A stretch of 39,941 nucleotides of DNA, taken from the NCBI GenBank assembly GCA_051382295.1, contig JBBCAW010000140.1, positions 1 through 39,941 on the forward strand, in the 5' to 3' direction. This DNA comes from Bdellovibrionota bacterium FG-1 (GTDB lineage Bacteria; Bdellovibrionota; UBA1018). The translations under genes and the position numbers were made by a program. This document shows positions 27,575 to 35,487 of the stretch, in pieces (positions within the stretch are counted from its first letter, which is position 1; each line of letters starts with the position of its first letter). Under the pieces are notes generated by a model. The model saw only the letters and a program-made list of their open reading frames with translations. It ran no database searches and was not told where the DNA came from.

Positions 27575-27737
27575 GTCCTCACAAAAAAACCCGATAATCC
27601 AAGTTGAAAACCTTCGACAGCCGCTTGGCTTCGATTTTTCTCACCGTGCGGCGTCCCGTTTCGATTTGAGAGAGATTTGATTGAGTCAGGACCGCAGGTT
27701 CGCGCGAAACTCGATCCACAAGGGCAGATTCACCGAC

Positions 27738-28058
27738 TTAAGAAGCCCTCTTTTCATCTTCCCTGGCTTCGATTGAAAGACGAAGCCCCATAGCCGCCAA
27801 AAGAGACCGCAGGGTGGTGAGCTTCGGGTTTCCTGAGGTCGATAGCGCTTTGTAAAGGCTCTCGCGCCCTAGTTGTGCTCTGTCAGCAATGTCGCCCATT
27901 CCATGAGCTTTGGCGACGTCCCGAAGCGCAATGAGGAATAGCTCCTCGGCATCTTCGGTGTCGTCGTCTAAGTGGGCATTGAGATAGGCTGCGGCTTCTT
28001 CCGGTTTTTTTAGATCCTCGACGAGGTCCTTTTCATAATTTCGAGTTCGCTTTGGCAT
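27738..28058 (-). CDS. Addiction-module antidote protein (HTH, HI1420-like)
   Basis: AAAYLNA...ALRDVAKAHGM..IA...LGRESLYKALS..GNPKLTTL. SD GAGGTG. Confidence 0.92.
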   Translation of the reverse strand: MPKRTRNYEKDLVEDLKKPEEAAAYLNAHLDDDTEDAEELFLIALRDVAKAHGMGDIADRAQLGRESLYKALSTSGNPKLTTLRSLLAAMGLRLSIEAREDEKRAS

Positions 28059-28072
28059 ATCGATCACCTCTT

Positions 28073-28411
28073 TTAATTCGACTCCTCAGTCAAATAGTCT
28101 TTCCAGTACTCTTGTGCCTTTGTTATGTCGCGAGTTTGAGTGCCCTTGTCTCCGCCACAAAGCAAAACCACAATTCGATCACCTTCGTTTCCATAATAGA
28201 CCCGGTACCCAGGCCCAAAATCAATCTTCAGCTCCCAAACTCCCTGTCCCACATGCCGATTGTTTCCAAGATTTCCGATTCGAACTCGGTTGAGTCTTTT
28301 TCGAATAATCGCTCGTGCTTGAAGATCTTTCAGTTCATGAAGCCAATTTAAAAAAGGGCACTCACCGGTTACCGTCTCATATTCGAGTAATTCCTTTGGT
28401 GTCGGCTCCAT
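28073..28411 (-). CDS. RelE/ParE-family toxin (HigB/HI1419-like)
   Basis: GNLG...VGQGVWELKIDFGPGYRVYY...VLLCGGDK.TQ.RDI. Confidence 0.94.
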   Translation of the reverse strand: MEPTPKELLEYETVTGECPFLNWLHELKDLQARAIIRKRLNRVRIGNLGNNRHVGQGVWELKIDFGPGYRVYYGNEGDRIVVLLCGGDKGTQTRDITKAQEYWKDYLTEESN

Positions 28412-28416
28412 AATCA

Positions 28417-28445
28417 ATTGTATCTCCTAGGATACAGATTGTCAA
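28417..28445 (-). promoter_or_regulatory. Sigma-70 promoter and palindromic operator of the toxin-antidote operon
   Basis: TTGACA-17-TACAAT; inverted repeat TGTATC-N6-GATACA at 28419-28436. Confidence 0.82.
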
Positions 28446-28514
28446 ACCCGCTTTTTTCTGTATGAAATAATTGCATTTTTTGTCCTTTCAAACGTTGATG
28501 TTTACTTTTTTGGA

Positions 28515-29660
28515 TCACGCCCGTCGCTCCTCCCACCAAGCCGAAACCGCAAGCCCTCGAATCGCGTTGCCACAACCTCGGAGAGCCGGATAACGAGCCG
28601 CCACGGCCTCGATCCAGCTTTCTCGCTCAGCTTCGCCCCGAAACGCAGCCTCGAAGGCCTGCTCTCGTTCAAGTGCCTGGAGGTCCTCCTGCAATTTTTG
28701 GAGTTCTCCCTGTTGGCGGATCTCTGCCCTGGTTTGTTCGAGTTGCTCTTTTTGTTGCTTTTGCTCAGCCTGAAATTTCACTGACTTAAGCACCTCGGGC
28801 ATCGCTTTGGCTAAATACCCCATCGGAGAATGACAAGGCTCCCCTGAGTGAGGAAGTCCGCTCGTTGATAGAAAATCGAACGCAAGTTCGATTTCCGGAT
28901 CGTGGTAGTCTTGCCTTAATTCTAAAAAGCTTGCCCATTCGCTCTCCCTCTTTCGGACCGGCTTCAGAGATTCAAAATAGGTTTTCAAGTTTTCTGAAAT
29001 TTCCTGAGAGAGAGAGTTCTTGTTTTCTTGTTTTATTATATTTCTTTTTTCTCCCTCATTTTGAGGGACCTGTTGCCTCAAATTGAGGGAGGTGCTACCT
29101 CGTTTTGAGGGAGCTCCCACATCATTCTGAGGTACCTCAAATTGAGGCACCTTATTTTGAGCATCCTCGTTTTGAGGTTCCTTATTTTGAGGTGGCTCAC
29201 CTCGGCCTAGAAGGTTTTGCACCCACCAAATATTGCCGCGCTCAAAATCCACCCGCACCCGTCGAATCATCCCTGCTTCAACTAAGGACGACAGAATGCG
29301 CGAGACCGACGCCGAGGAGACTCCTGTGTTTCGACTCAGGTAACTCACCGATGCTCGAACCTCGCCGTTGCTATTTGGAAAACGCCAGGCCTGGGTATTC
29401 ATCCAAAGAAACACCCTAAAGCCATCTCCCGAGAGCGCCATGACTTGCGGGTTTTGAAGGGCCCCATGGGAGAGCGCAAAATAACCTTGATTGAAAGCTC
29501 CCTCTTTTTGAGGTTCCTTATTTTGAGGTGCCTCATTTTGAGGGAGCTTGGGTTGCGCACATATTGGCGGAGAAAAACCCAAATTTCTCGGAATCCGCAT
29601 CGGTTCGGCAACGTTCATCGCTTTTAAAGCGTCTTTAAGCTCGATTCTTGGCTTACTCAT
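28515..29660 (-). CDS. wHTH replication-initiator-like protein with internal iteron-like repeats
   Basis: YFALSH...LSGDGFRVFLWM...ASVSYLSRNTGVSSASVSRILSSLVEAGMIRR wHTH, PQNE-repeat linker, C-terminal SPMGYL domain. Layout resembles lambda-O/DnaD-type initiators. Confidence 0.7.
   Translation of the reverse strand: MSKPRIELKDALKAMNVAEPMRIPRNLGFSPPICAQPKLPQNEAPQNKEPQKEGAFNQGYFALSHGALQNPQVMALSGDGFRVFLWMNTQAWRFPNSNGEVRASVSYLSRNTGVSSASVSRILSSLVEAGMIRRVRVDFERGNIWWVQNLLGRGEPPQNKEPQNEDAQNKVPQFEVPQNDVGAPSKRGSTSLNLRQQVPQNEGEKRNIIKQENKNSLSQEISENLKTYFESLKPVRKRESEWASFLELRQDYHDPEIELAFDFLSTSGLPHSGEPCHSPMGYLAKAMPEVLKSVKFQAEQKQQKEQLEQTRAEIRQQGELQKLQEDLQALEREQAFEAAFRGEAERESWIEAVAARYPALRGCGNAIRGLAVSAWWEERRA
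29054..29192. repeat. Eight 13-bp palindromic repeats, consensus CCTCAWWWTGAGG
   Basis: Starts 29054, 29076, 29098, 29120 (22-bp period), then 29135, 29150, 29165, 29180 (15-bp period). Confidence 0.93.
29501..29543. repeat. Three more 13-bp palindromic repeats
   Basis: CCTCTTTTTGAGG 29501, CCTTATTTTGAGG 29516, CCTCATTTTGAGG 29531 (15-bp period). Confidence 0.93.
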
Positions 29661-30480
29661 GGGCCACCCCCGCGCTCACCAGTTGAAGCCTGGGAGAGGC
29701 TTCTTGTGCAGGCTTGAGGCGCTCAAGAATCTCTTTGGCCAGACTCAGGTAATCGAGTGCGCCGGAACTCTCGGGGGCATGTTGAAAGATCGTGCGTCCC
29801 AAGGCTGGGGCCTCCCTGAGTCTGACCGAGCGGCGAATTCGAGTTTCAAAAACTTGGCTTCCCAATGACGCAACTAGCTCGTCACGAATTTCTTCAGACA
29901 TTCGGGTTTGATCAAAAAGTGTCAGTAAAACCCCCAAAATCTTGAGTTCTGGGTTGTACCCTTGTTGAATTTCCTCGAGTTCAGCAAGGAGCTTTTTGAA
30001 TCCCGCCAGTCCGTAGAAGCTCGAGTCCACCGGAACCAAAACCCAATCGGAGGCATTGAAAGCCGAATTCATAAGTGGGCCAAATCCTGGCGCGTTATCA
30101 ATCAGGATAATGTCATAGATTGGCTTCAGGCGCTTGATTCGCTGGGCTAGGCGCAGCTCGCTGTTGGTCATCCCTGGCATTTCTCTTTCCAATGCGGCCA
30201 AAAGGGGCGTGGCGGGGATCAGATCCATTCCTGAACCCCGGTATATTGCGGCGGATTCGGGCAAAGTTTTGTTTCGCAAAAGATCCGCGATCGAAGTGTG
30301 GATTTGATCGAGTTGGATGCCCACCCCTTGGGTAGCATTTCCTTGTGGGTCTAAATCGATCATCAGGACCCGTAATCCCTGCGCGGCAAGGGCTTGAGCA
30401 AGATTGACGGTGGTCGTCGTTTTTCCGACGCCTCCTTTTTGGTTGGTGATCGCGATGACTGCGCTCTGAGGTAAATTCAT
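29653..30480 (-). CDS. parA: ParA/Soj-family ATPase
   Basis: NQKGGVGKTTT, IDLDPQGNAT, YDIILIDNAP, IRRSVRLREAP. ATG 30480 follows GGAGAG. Confidence 0.96.
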   Translation of the reverse strand: MNLPQSAVIAITNQKGGVGKTTTTVNLAQALAAQGLRVLMIDLDPQGNATQGVGIQLDQIHTSIADLLRNKTLPESAAIYRGSGMDLIPATPLLAALEREMPGMTNSELRLAQRIKRLKPIYDIILIDNAPGFGPLMNSAFNASDWVLVPVDSSFYGLAGFKKLLAELEEIQQGYNPELKILGVLLTLFDQTRMSEEIRDELVASLGSQVFETRIRRSVRLREAPALGRTIFQHAPESSGALDYLSLAKEILERLKPAQEASPRLQLVSAGVAHE

Positions 30481-30534
30481 TTTTCTCTCCATTCGTGGAT
30501 TGACATGACCGGCACATCTCTTTAAGAATGGAGA

Positions 30535-30663
30535 GGTGCCCGCCAGGAATCGCAATGCGACTCCGGTGGTGGTTTGAGAATCAGCGGCCTATCCGCCAAG
30601 AAAAGACGCTGACTCGATTGGAAAAATTTAAGACGCCCGGAGATGACCCTCCGGGCTTTTTTT
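30535..30663 (+). ncRNA. Putative ~125-nt counter-transcribed antisense RNA to the parA-rep leader
   Basis: TTGACA at 30500-30505 with a weak -10 (AAGAAT 30524-30529), internal hairpins at 30545-30563 and 30581-30612, and a strong terminator. No gene on this strand needs that terminator. Confidence 0.55.
30635..30663 (+). terminator. Intrinsic terminator
   Basis: GCCCGGAG-ATGACC-CTCCGGGC-TTTTTTT. Confidence 0.88.
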
Positions 30664-30968
30664 ATTTATGGGGGAGGCATTGACTTCCTCCTCTTGTTGG
30701 TCGTTAATTCAGGCCTGGAATTGGATTGGCTTGCCGCCGTGGGCTCGCAGGATTGCGTAGCATTAGCGTAGCAAGGGATTCCGGACGTATTCAGAAAGAT
30801 AAGGAATTTTCTAGCGAGTTCTTGCGAGATTTGGAGAAGGTCTGAATGAGTAAAACCGGTACTTTCATCATGAAATTCAGCGGTTGCCCCTCTAATGGGG
30901 GAAGCACTACGGATGCGAAGGTCAGATAAAAAGGTATCAGGTTACTTCTTGATGCCCACCGCGTTAAG

Positions 30969-31871
30969 ATGACCAATCTTACGATGATAATCACTCAGCA
31001 AATGACGCAACCCGAACCCCTCATAGGCCGCGAAGACGAGCTACTCCATGTGCGAGCCTGCCTTCGCGCCCGCCGCAATGTCCTGCTCGAGGGTCCCGTT
31101 GGAGTGGGCAAAACCCAGCTCGCTTTGGCCGTTACGAAGGAAATGAACGTCCCCATTTTTCGAGTGGATGGGGATAGTCGATACTCCGAGCAAAAACTCG
31201 CCGGTTGGTTTGATCCGCCCGCGGTCATTCAAAAAGGCTTCACCGCCGCTGCTTTTATGGAAGGTCCTCTCGTCGAAGCGATGAGAAAAGGCGGCGTGCT
31301 ATTTATCAATGAGCTCAATCGCCTGCCCGAAGGTGTTCAGAACATTTTGCTGCCTGCTATCGATGAGCGGATGATTATCATCCCGCGACTCGGCGAAATT
31401 CGGGCCGCAGATGGCTTCTTAGTCATTGCCACTCAAAATCCCAAAGAATTTGTCGCGACCTCACATCTCAGTGAGGCCATCTTGGATCGCTTTGAGTTGG
31501 TGACGTTGGATTACCAATCCGAAGCCGACGAAATTAAAATCGTGTCGCAACAACTCAGTCGCGAGACTCTGGCGGCTGAGCTAACAAGGCTGGTCGTCGC
31601 ATCCGTCCACCTGGTCCGTGCCACACGGGTTGATCCCAGGATCAGACGAGGCGCTTCCATTCGCGCAGCTATCGCGATAGCCAAAATTGCGCGCGTGTTG
31701 ATGGAAGACGGACTTTCTTTCGATCCAGCCTTTGCCAAAGCCGCGCTATTGGCTCTTCCGACCCGAATCGAAATGGAGCGCGAAAACAGCGAATCCTCCG
31801 CCCATGCTGAAATAACTGCACTTCTGAGCCAAATGGCCCAAGAGGCCCTAAAAAAAAAGCCCCTCACCTAA
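30969..31871 (+). CDS. MoxR/CoxD-like AAA+ ATPase (frame-0 product)
   Basis: LEGPVGVGKT, LFINELNR, IATQNP, LSEAILDRF, GASIR. Confidence 0.93.
   Translation: MTNLTMIITQQMTQPEPLIGREDELLHVRACLRARRNVLLEGPVGVGKTQLALAVTKEMNVPIFRVDGDSRYSEQKLAGWFDPPAVIQKGFTAAAFMEGPLVEAMRKGGVLFINELNRLPEGVQNILLPAIDERMIIIPRLGEIRAADGFLVIATQNPKEFVATSHLSEAILDRFELVTLDYQSEADEIKIVSQQLSRETLAAELTRLVVASVHLVRATRVDPRIRRGASIRAAIAIAKIARVLMEDGLSFDPAFAKAALLALPTRIEMERENSESSAHAEITALLSQMAQEALKKKPLT
31850..31859 (+). other. A9G slippery site (A_AAA_AAG), candidate -1 frameshift or transcriptional slippage
   Basis: CTA AAA AAA AAG CCC CTC ACC TAA. The -1 frame is open from here through 32815. Confidence 0.7.
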
Positions 31872-32815
31872 CAACGCGCCCACCTCCTACTGTTGAACTT
31901 CCGCCTGAAGCCTTTGGACATTCCGGTGCCGGATTTGAGGATGACGAGGAAGTAGATGCCCTGGAGCTGGCCTCTGCGAGTGCCTGGGATGTGGCCACAC
32001 GATATCACGAATTCAGGAAACTCCCGGTTTTCAAAAAGCAGCGCAGACAAATCCGACACCTCGCCGCCCATGAAATCATTCTACGAGCTCAATCTATTCT
32101 AGGCTCAGTCGTGCATCCCATGGAACAGCGACTAGCCCCCCTCAGTGAAGTTCCCCAGGATGCGCAGAGTTTAGATTTGGATATTGACGAGACCATTGAA
32201 AACGCCCCTCTCAGCGTGACGGGTTCTCTACCTCTCACTGAGCAAGACATCTGGATGAGCTACCAAACGCATCGTAAGCAATCGGTGATTCTCACGGTGG
32301 ACACGAGCCTGTCCATGACTGGCGAAAAACTGGCTTTAACTGCGGTGGCCTTAGCAGTGGTATTGCTCGAGTTCCCCAATGACCCTCTGGGCATCATAGC
32401 CTTCGAAAATGAAGCAAAAGTGATCAAACGGCCCGAAGAGCGCCTTTCGCTTCAAAGTCTGATCGAGAGACTCTTAGATGTTCCCGCACAAGGATATACC
32501 CATCTTGAAGATGGGTTGAAAGCCGCGCTCAAGCAACTTCAAAGCATGATGGGCGGACGAACTGGCCACCCCCCCTCCACAATATTGCTGACCGACGGAA
32601 AATACACAGGTGGACGGGATCCGGCCTATCTGGCCCCCCGATTTCCCCATCTCGTTGTCCTCAAAATGGGGACAGAACACTCTAGTCTCGACCTCTGCCG
32701 CGAACTCGCTCAAAAGGGGCACGGCGCACTGCGTGAGGTTGGAAATTTGGAGGCACTTCCCCTGGTCATGTACGGCGTGGTCAAAGAGCTTTTGCGCGGC
32801 CGTGGGTTGTCGTGA
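31859..32815 (+). CDS. Pro/acidic linker plus von Willebrand factor A domain (-1 frame continuation; ORF track starts it at 31991)
   Basis: LDIDETIE, MIDAS DTSLS, GYT, LLTDG. Upstream in-frame linker APHLTTRPPPTVELPPEAFGHSGAGFEDDEEVDALE. Confidence 0.85.
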   Translation, partial: APHLTTRPPPTVELPPEAFGHSGAGFEDDEEVDALELASASAWDVATRYHEFRKLPVFKKQRRQIRHLAAHEIILRAQSILGSVVHPMEQRLAPLSEVPQDAQSLDLDIDETIENAPLSVTGSLPLTEQDIWMSYQTHRKQSVILTVDTSLSMTGEKLALTAVALAVVLLEFPNDPLGIIAFENEAKVIKRPEERLSLQSLIERLLDVPAQGYTHLEDGLKAALKQLQSMMGGRTGHPPSTILLTDGKYTGGRDPAYLAPRFPHLVVLKMGTEHSSLDLCRELAQKGHGALREVGNLEALPLVMYGVVKELLRGRGLS

Positions 32816-32881
32816 AAATAGGGTTGAACTGGGAGAGGGCTCCCTATAAAACTAAAGGAACTCAAGATAACCCAGGGGAAC

Positions 32882-33091
32882 GTGACGATGCGCGATAATT
32901 ACAAGCTTCAAGGTGCAAAAACTCGGATGGATTTCGAGGTCGAGAAAGACGTCGCCGAAACCTTCAGTGCAATGGAAAAATATACAGGTCTCACCGTTTC
33001 AGAATTGGCCAACACTGCGATGAAACGATTCATTGTTCATCATATGGATTTTTTACCACCTAAAAACAGTGCCCCCATTCATCAGGGATAA
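32882..33091 (+). CDS. Small RHH-like DNA-binding protein
   Basis: RMDFEVEKDVAETFSAMEKYTGLTVSELANTAMKRFI strand-helix-helix pattern; SD GGGGA. Confidence 0.7.
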   Translation: MTMRDNYKLQGAKTRMDFEVEKDVAETFSAMEKYTGLTVSELANTAMKRFIVHHMDFLPPKNSAPIHQG

Positions 33092-33097
33092 ACCCGC

Positions 33098-33901
33098 CTA
33101 CGGGGTGGGGTCCTTCACAGGTGTCGCTAGGGGTGCCGCTACAGGTATCACTGTCTTGATCGGCTGAGGAAGTACCGTTGGCATAGCTGGAGGGCTATCG
33201 TCGATGGCTTGTACCGTTAACTTTGGATTGCTCGTGACCAAAAGGGTAACCGACTGAAGCGAGGTTTCGATCCATTGCCAATCCTCAGAGCCCAATGACG
33301 AAATCGAGAGCTTCAAAGTTGTGTCGTTGATACGCACGCAATCCGTGGTCAAGGCTTCAAGCTCCTGCGCCTGAAGCAGGGTAGCCGAAGTGGCAAGCCC
33401 GAGATACATGCGACATGAATCGGGAGCCAAACCCGAATAGTGAATGAGAAGAGCTTTTTTTGCCTTAAAACTCTCAAATTCTTCCTGGTGCGAGTCCGGC
33501 GACAAGGTGATTTTTTGATCCGCAGGCAACACCTCGACATCGTCGCTATAGGCAATAAAGTCTTCCACCTTCACTGCAACACCGAGCAGGCGCGAAACCT
33601 TAAGCACCACCGGCGGCATGGTCGGCAAGACCACGGGAGAAGCCGGACTTTCTGCCTGTGTGCTCGCTTGACCAGTAGGAGGAGAAGATAGATTTTGCGA
33701 GCTAACGGCCCCCAGACCGGCGCTATCGCTGCTCGACTGGCCCGATGAGCTAGGGACTGATGGGACACTGCCGCGGGTCCTAAATTTGTCTAAACTAGGG
33801 GCCAAAGGGCCACAGCGTACCACCGTTAAGGATAGCGCCGCGCAGGCGGTAATCACGATTGGAATTCTAAAACTGCAATAAAATCTGTATAAACGAGCCA
33901 T
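33098..33901 (-). CDS. Hypothetical exported protein, probably a lipoprotein
   Basis: Basic N-terminus, hydrophobic stretch, VVR-CG, Ser/Pro-rich linker. Confidence 0.72.
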   Translation of the reverse strand: MARLYRFYCSFRIPIVITACAALSLTVVRCGPLAPSLDKFRTRGSVPSVPSSSGQSSSDSAGLGAVSSQNLSSPPTGQASTQAESPASPVVLPTMPPVVLKVSRLLGVAVKVEDFIAYSDDVEVLPADQKITLSPDSHQEEFESFKAKKALLIHYSGLAPDSCRMYLGLATSATLLQAQELEALTTDCVRINDTTLKLSISSLGSEDWQWIETSLQSVTLLVTSNPKLTVQAIDDSPPAMPTVLPQPIKTVIPVAAPLATPVKDPTP

Positions 33902-33917
33902 AGCGGAGCTGCATTAG

Positions 33918-33934
33918 TCCAAGGTTCGTGCCAA
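33918..33934 (-). promoter_or_regulatory. Candidate sigma-54 promoter
   Basis: TTGGCACGAACCTTGGA: perfect -24 element, TTGG for TTGC at -12. Very close to the annotated ATG. Confidence 0.45.
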
Positions 33935-34067
33935 CGCACTCTGACCAGACCGGTGCAAAACCGCCCCAAGGATTGAGTACTGTTAAAGGCCACCCACCCC
34001 AATCACATCAGCGGTTGTTCAACCTGAGGTGTTTAAGGTTTATACAGTTGCAAACAGAATAACCAGA

Positions 34068-35456
34068 TCAACGACCTTGTTTGATGACCGCAGGCTTTTC
34101 ACGCTGAGCAAGCAACTCTTGGAACATCATCGCTAGAAAACGCCCCGCGACTTCATCAGAACCCATCTTTTCCAGTGCATCTCTCCAAGGCTGACTGAGT
34201 AAATCCTTCGCACGCTCCAAGGTTTTGGCATCTTGCGCGTGAAAATGTTCTAAAGCTTTAGCTACTTTGCGAGACGCGATTTCTTTCCGACTCGGAACCC
34301 GGCCCTCGGACATGCGGCGCTTGGTCATCCGCTCAATCCGGGGAATAAGGCTTCGATTGCTTGGCGTGACCAAGCTCATCGCATATCCCGTCTTGCCGCT
34401 CCGGGCGGTCCGGCCAATCCGATGAACATAGTTATCTAGCTCACGCGGGATTGAGTAATTCACGACGTGGGTAATATCCTTAACGTCTAGTCCCCGTGAA
34501 GCAACGTCCGTACAAACGAGGAGATTCACGTTTCGATCACGAAATCCCTGCATCGTACGCTCGCGCGCGCTCTGGTCCATATCGCCATGGAGGCAATCGG
34601 CCCTATAACCCTGATTAATCAAATACTGAGTGAGATCATTGACCAAGTGTTTGGTTTGGCAAAAAATCAGGCCGTAGAAATCATCTGCGCCCTCAATCAG
34701 TTTACAGAGGATCTCAGGCTTATTCGATTCTTGAGTCACATAATAAAGCTGCTCAACCCCTTCGGCGAGCATTTCTGTACGATTGACTTGAACCTGTTTT
34801 GGATCACGAAGGTACTCGTCGGCGACTTTACGGACTTCTCGCCCCATAGTGGCGGAAAAAAGCCAAATATTCGAAGAATCTTCAGGAACATTTTTAAGAA
34901 TGGTCTCTAACTCATCCTTAAAACCCATCGAAATCATCTCATCGGCTTCGTCCAAGACAACGGTCTGCAAGTTATCCAAGCACAACCTTCCGCGCTCAAT
35001 ATGCTCAACCATACGCCCCGGAGTCCCTACCACGACAGGAATCCCCTGCTTCAGGCCAGCAAGCTGTTCGCCATAGCCGGACCCACCGTAAATAGGAAGC
35101 GCCCTAACACCCTTATGTTTACCTAAAAGATTGATTTGCCCGGCCACCTGAAGCGCAAGCTCGCGGGTGGGACAAAGAATCAACGCTTGTACGGCGCGTT
35201 TTTTTAGATCAATTTTCTCCAAAAGCGGAATCCCAAACGCGGCGGTCTTGCCAGTACCGGTGGCGGCGAGTCCCAGAAAGTCCGTGGGCTCTCCTAAAAG
35301 GATTGGAAGCGCCTGGGCTTGGATAGGACTTGGCGTTTTATAGCCAAGCTCATGGACAGCACGTAAAATTAGGGGACTGAGGCCGAGCTCGTTGAAGGAC
35401 TGCAAAAGTTTCTCGTTTCTGTGTAAAATTCTTTGAGGCGATTGGGGGAGTACCAT
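34068..35456 (-). CDS. DEAD-box ATP-dependent RNA helicase (DeaD/CshA-like)
   Basis: Q motif, ATGTGKT, PTRELA, TPGR, DEAD, SAT, HRIGRTAR. True start may be TTG at 35405. Confidence 0.97.
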   Translation of the reverse strand: MVLPQSPQRILHRNEKLLQSFNELGLSPLILRAVHELGYKTPSPIQAQALPILLGEPTDFLGLAATGTGKTAAFGIPLLEKIDLKKRAVQALILCPTRELALQVAGQINLLGKHKGVRALPIYGGSGYGEQLAGLKQGIPVVVGTPGRMVEHIERGRLCLDNLQTVVLDEADEMISMGFKDELETILKNVPEDSSNIWLFSATMGREVRKVADEYLRDPKQVQVNRTEMLAEGVEQLYYVTQESNKPEILCKLIEGADDFYGLIFCQTKHLVNDLTQYLINQGYRADCLHGDMDQSARERTMQGFRDRNVNLLVCTDVASRGLDVKDITHVVNYSIPRELDNYVHRIGRTARSGKTGYAMSLVTPSNRSLIPRIERMTKRRMSEGRVPSRKEIASRKVAKALEHFHAQDAKTLERAKDLLSQPWRDALEKMGSDEVAGRFLAMMFQELLAQREKPAVIKQGR

Positions 35457-35487
35457 ACTTTTTTATATAAGGGTACCTGAATTATAG

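Noticed and set aside
29054..29543. CRISPR-like palindromic array
   Set aside because: 13-bp units with 2-9 bp gaps inside a coding sequence fit iterons or operators, not CRISPR.
27738..30480. Prophage
   Set aside because: The initiator is phage-like in layout, but there are no capsid, terminase, tail or lysis genes.
30481..30555. N-terminal extension of ParA from TTG 30555
   Set aside because: ATG 30480 has a good SD directly before the ParA fold; the extension is the structured leader.
30969..32815. Magnesium/cobalt chelatase chlD/chlI, or an anti-phage system
   Set aside because: ATPase motifs are MoxR/CoxD-like, with no large chelatase subunit or nuclease effector nearby. Only the frameshift logic is analogous to chlD.
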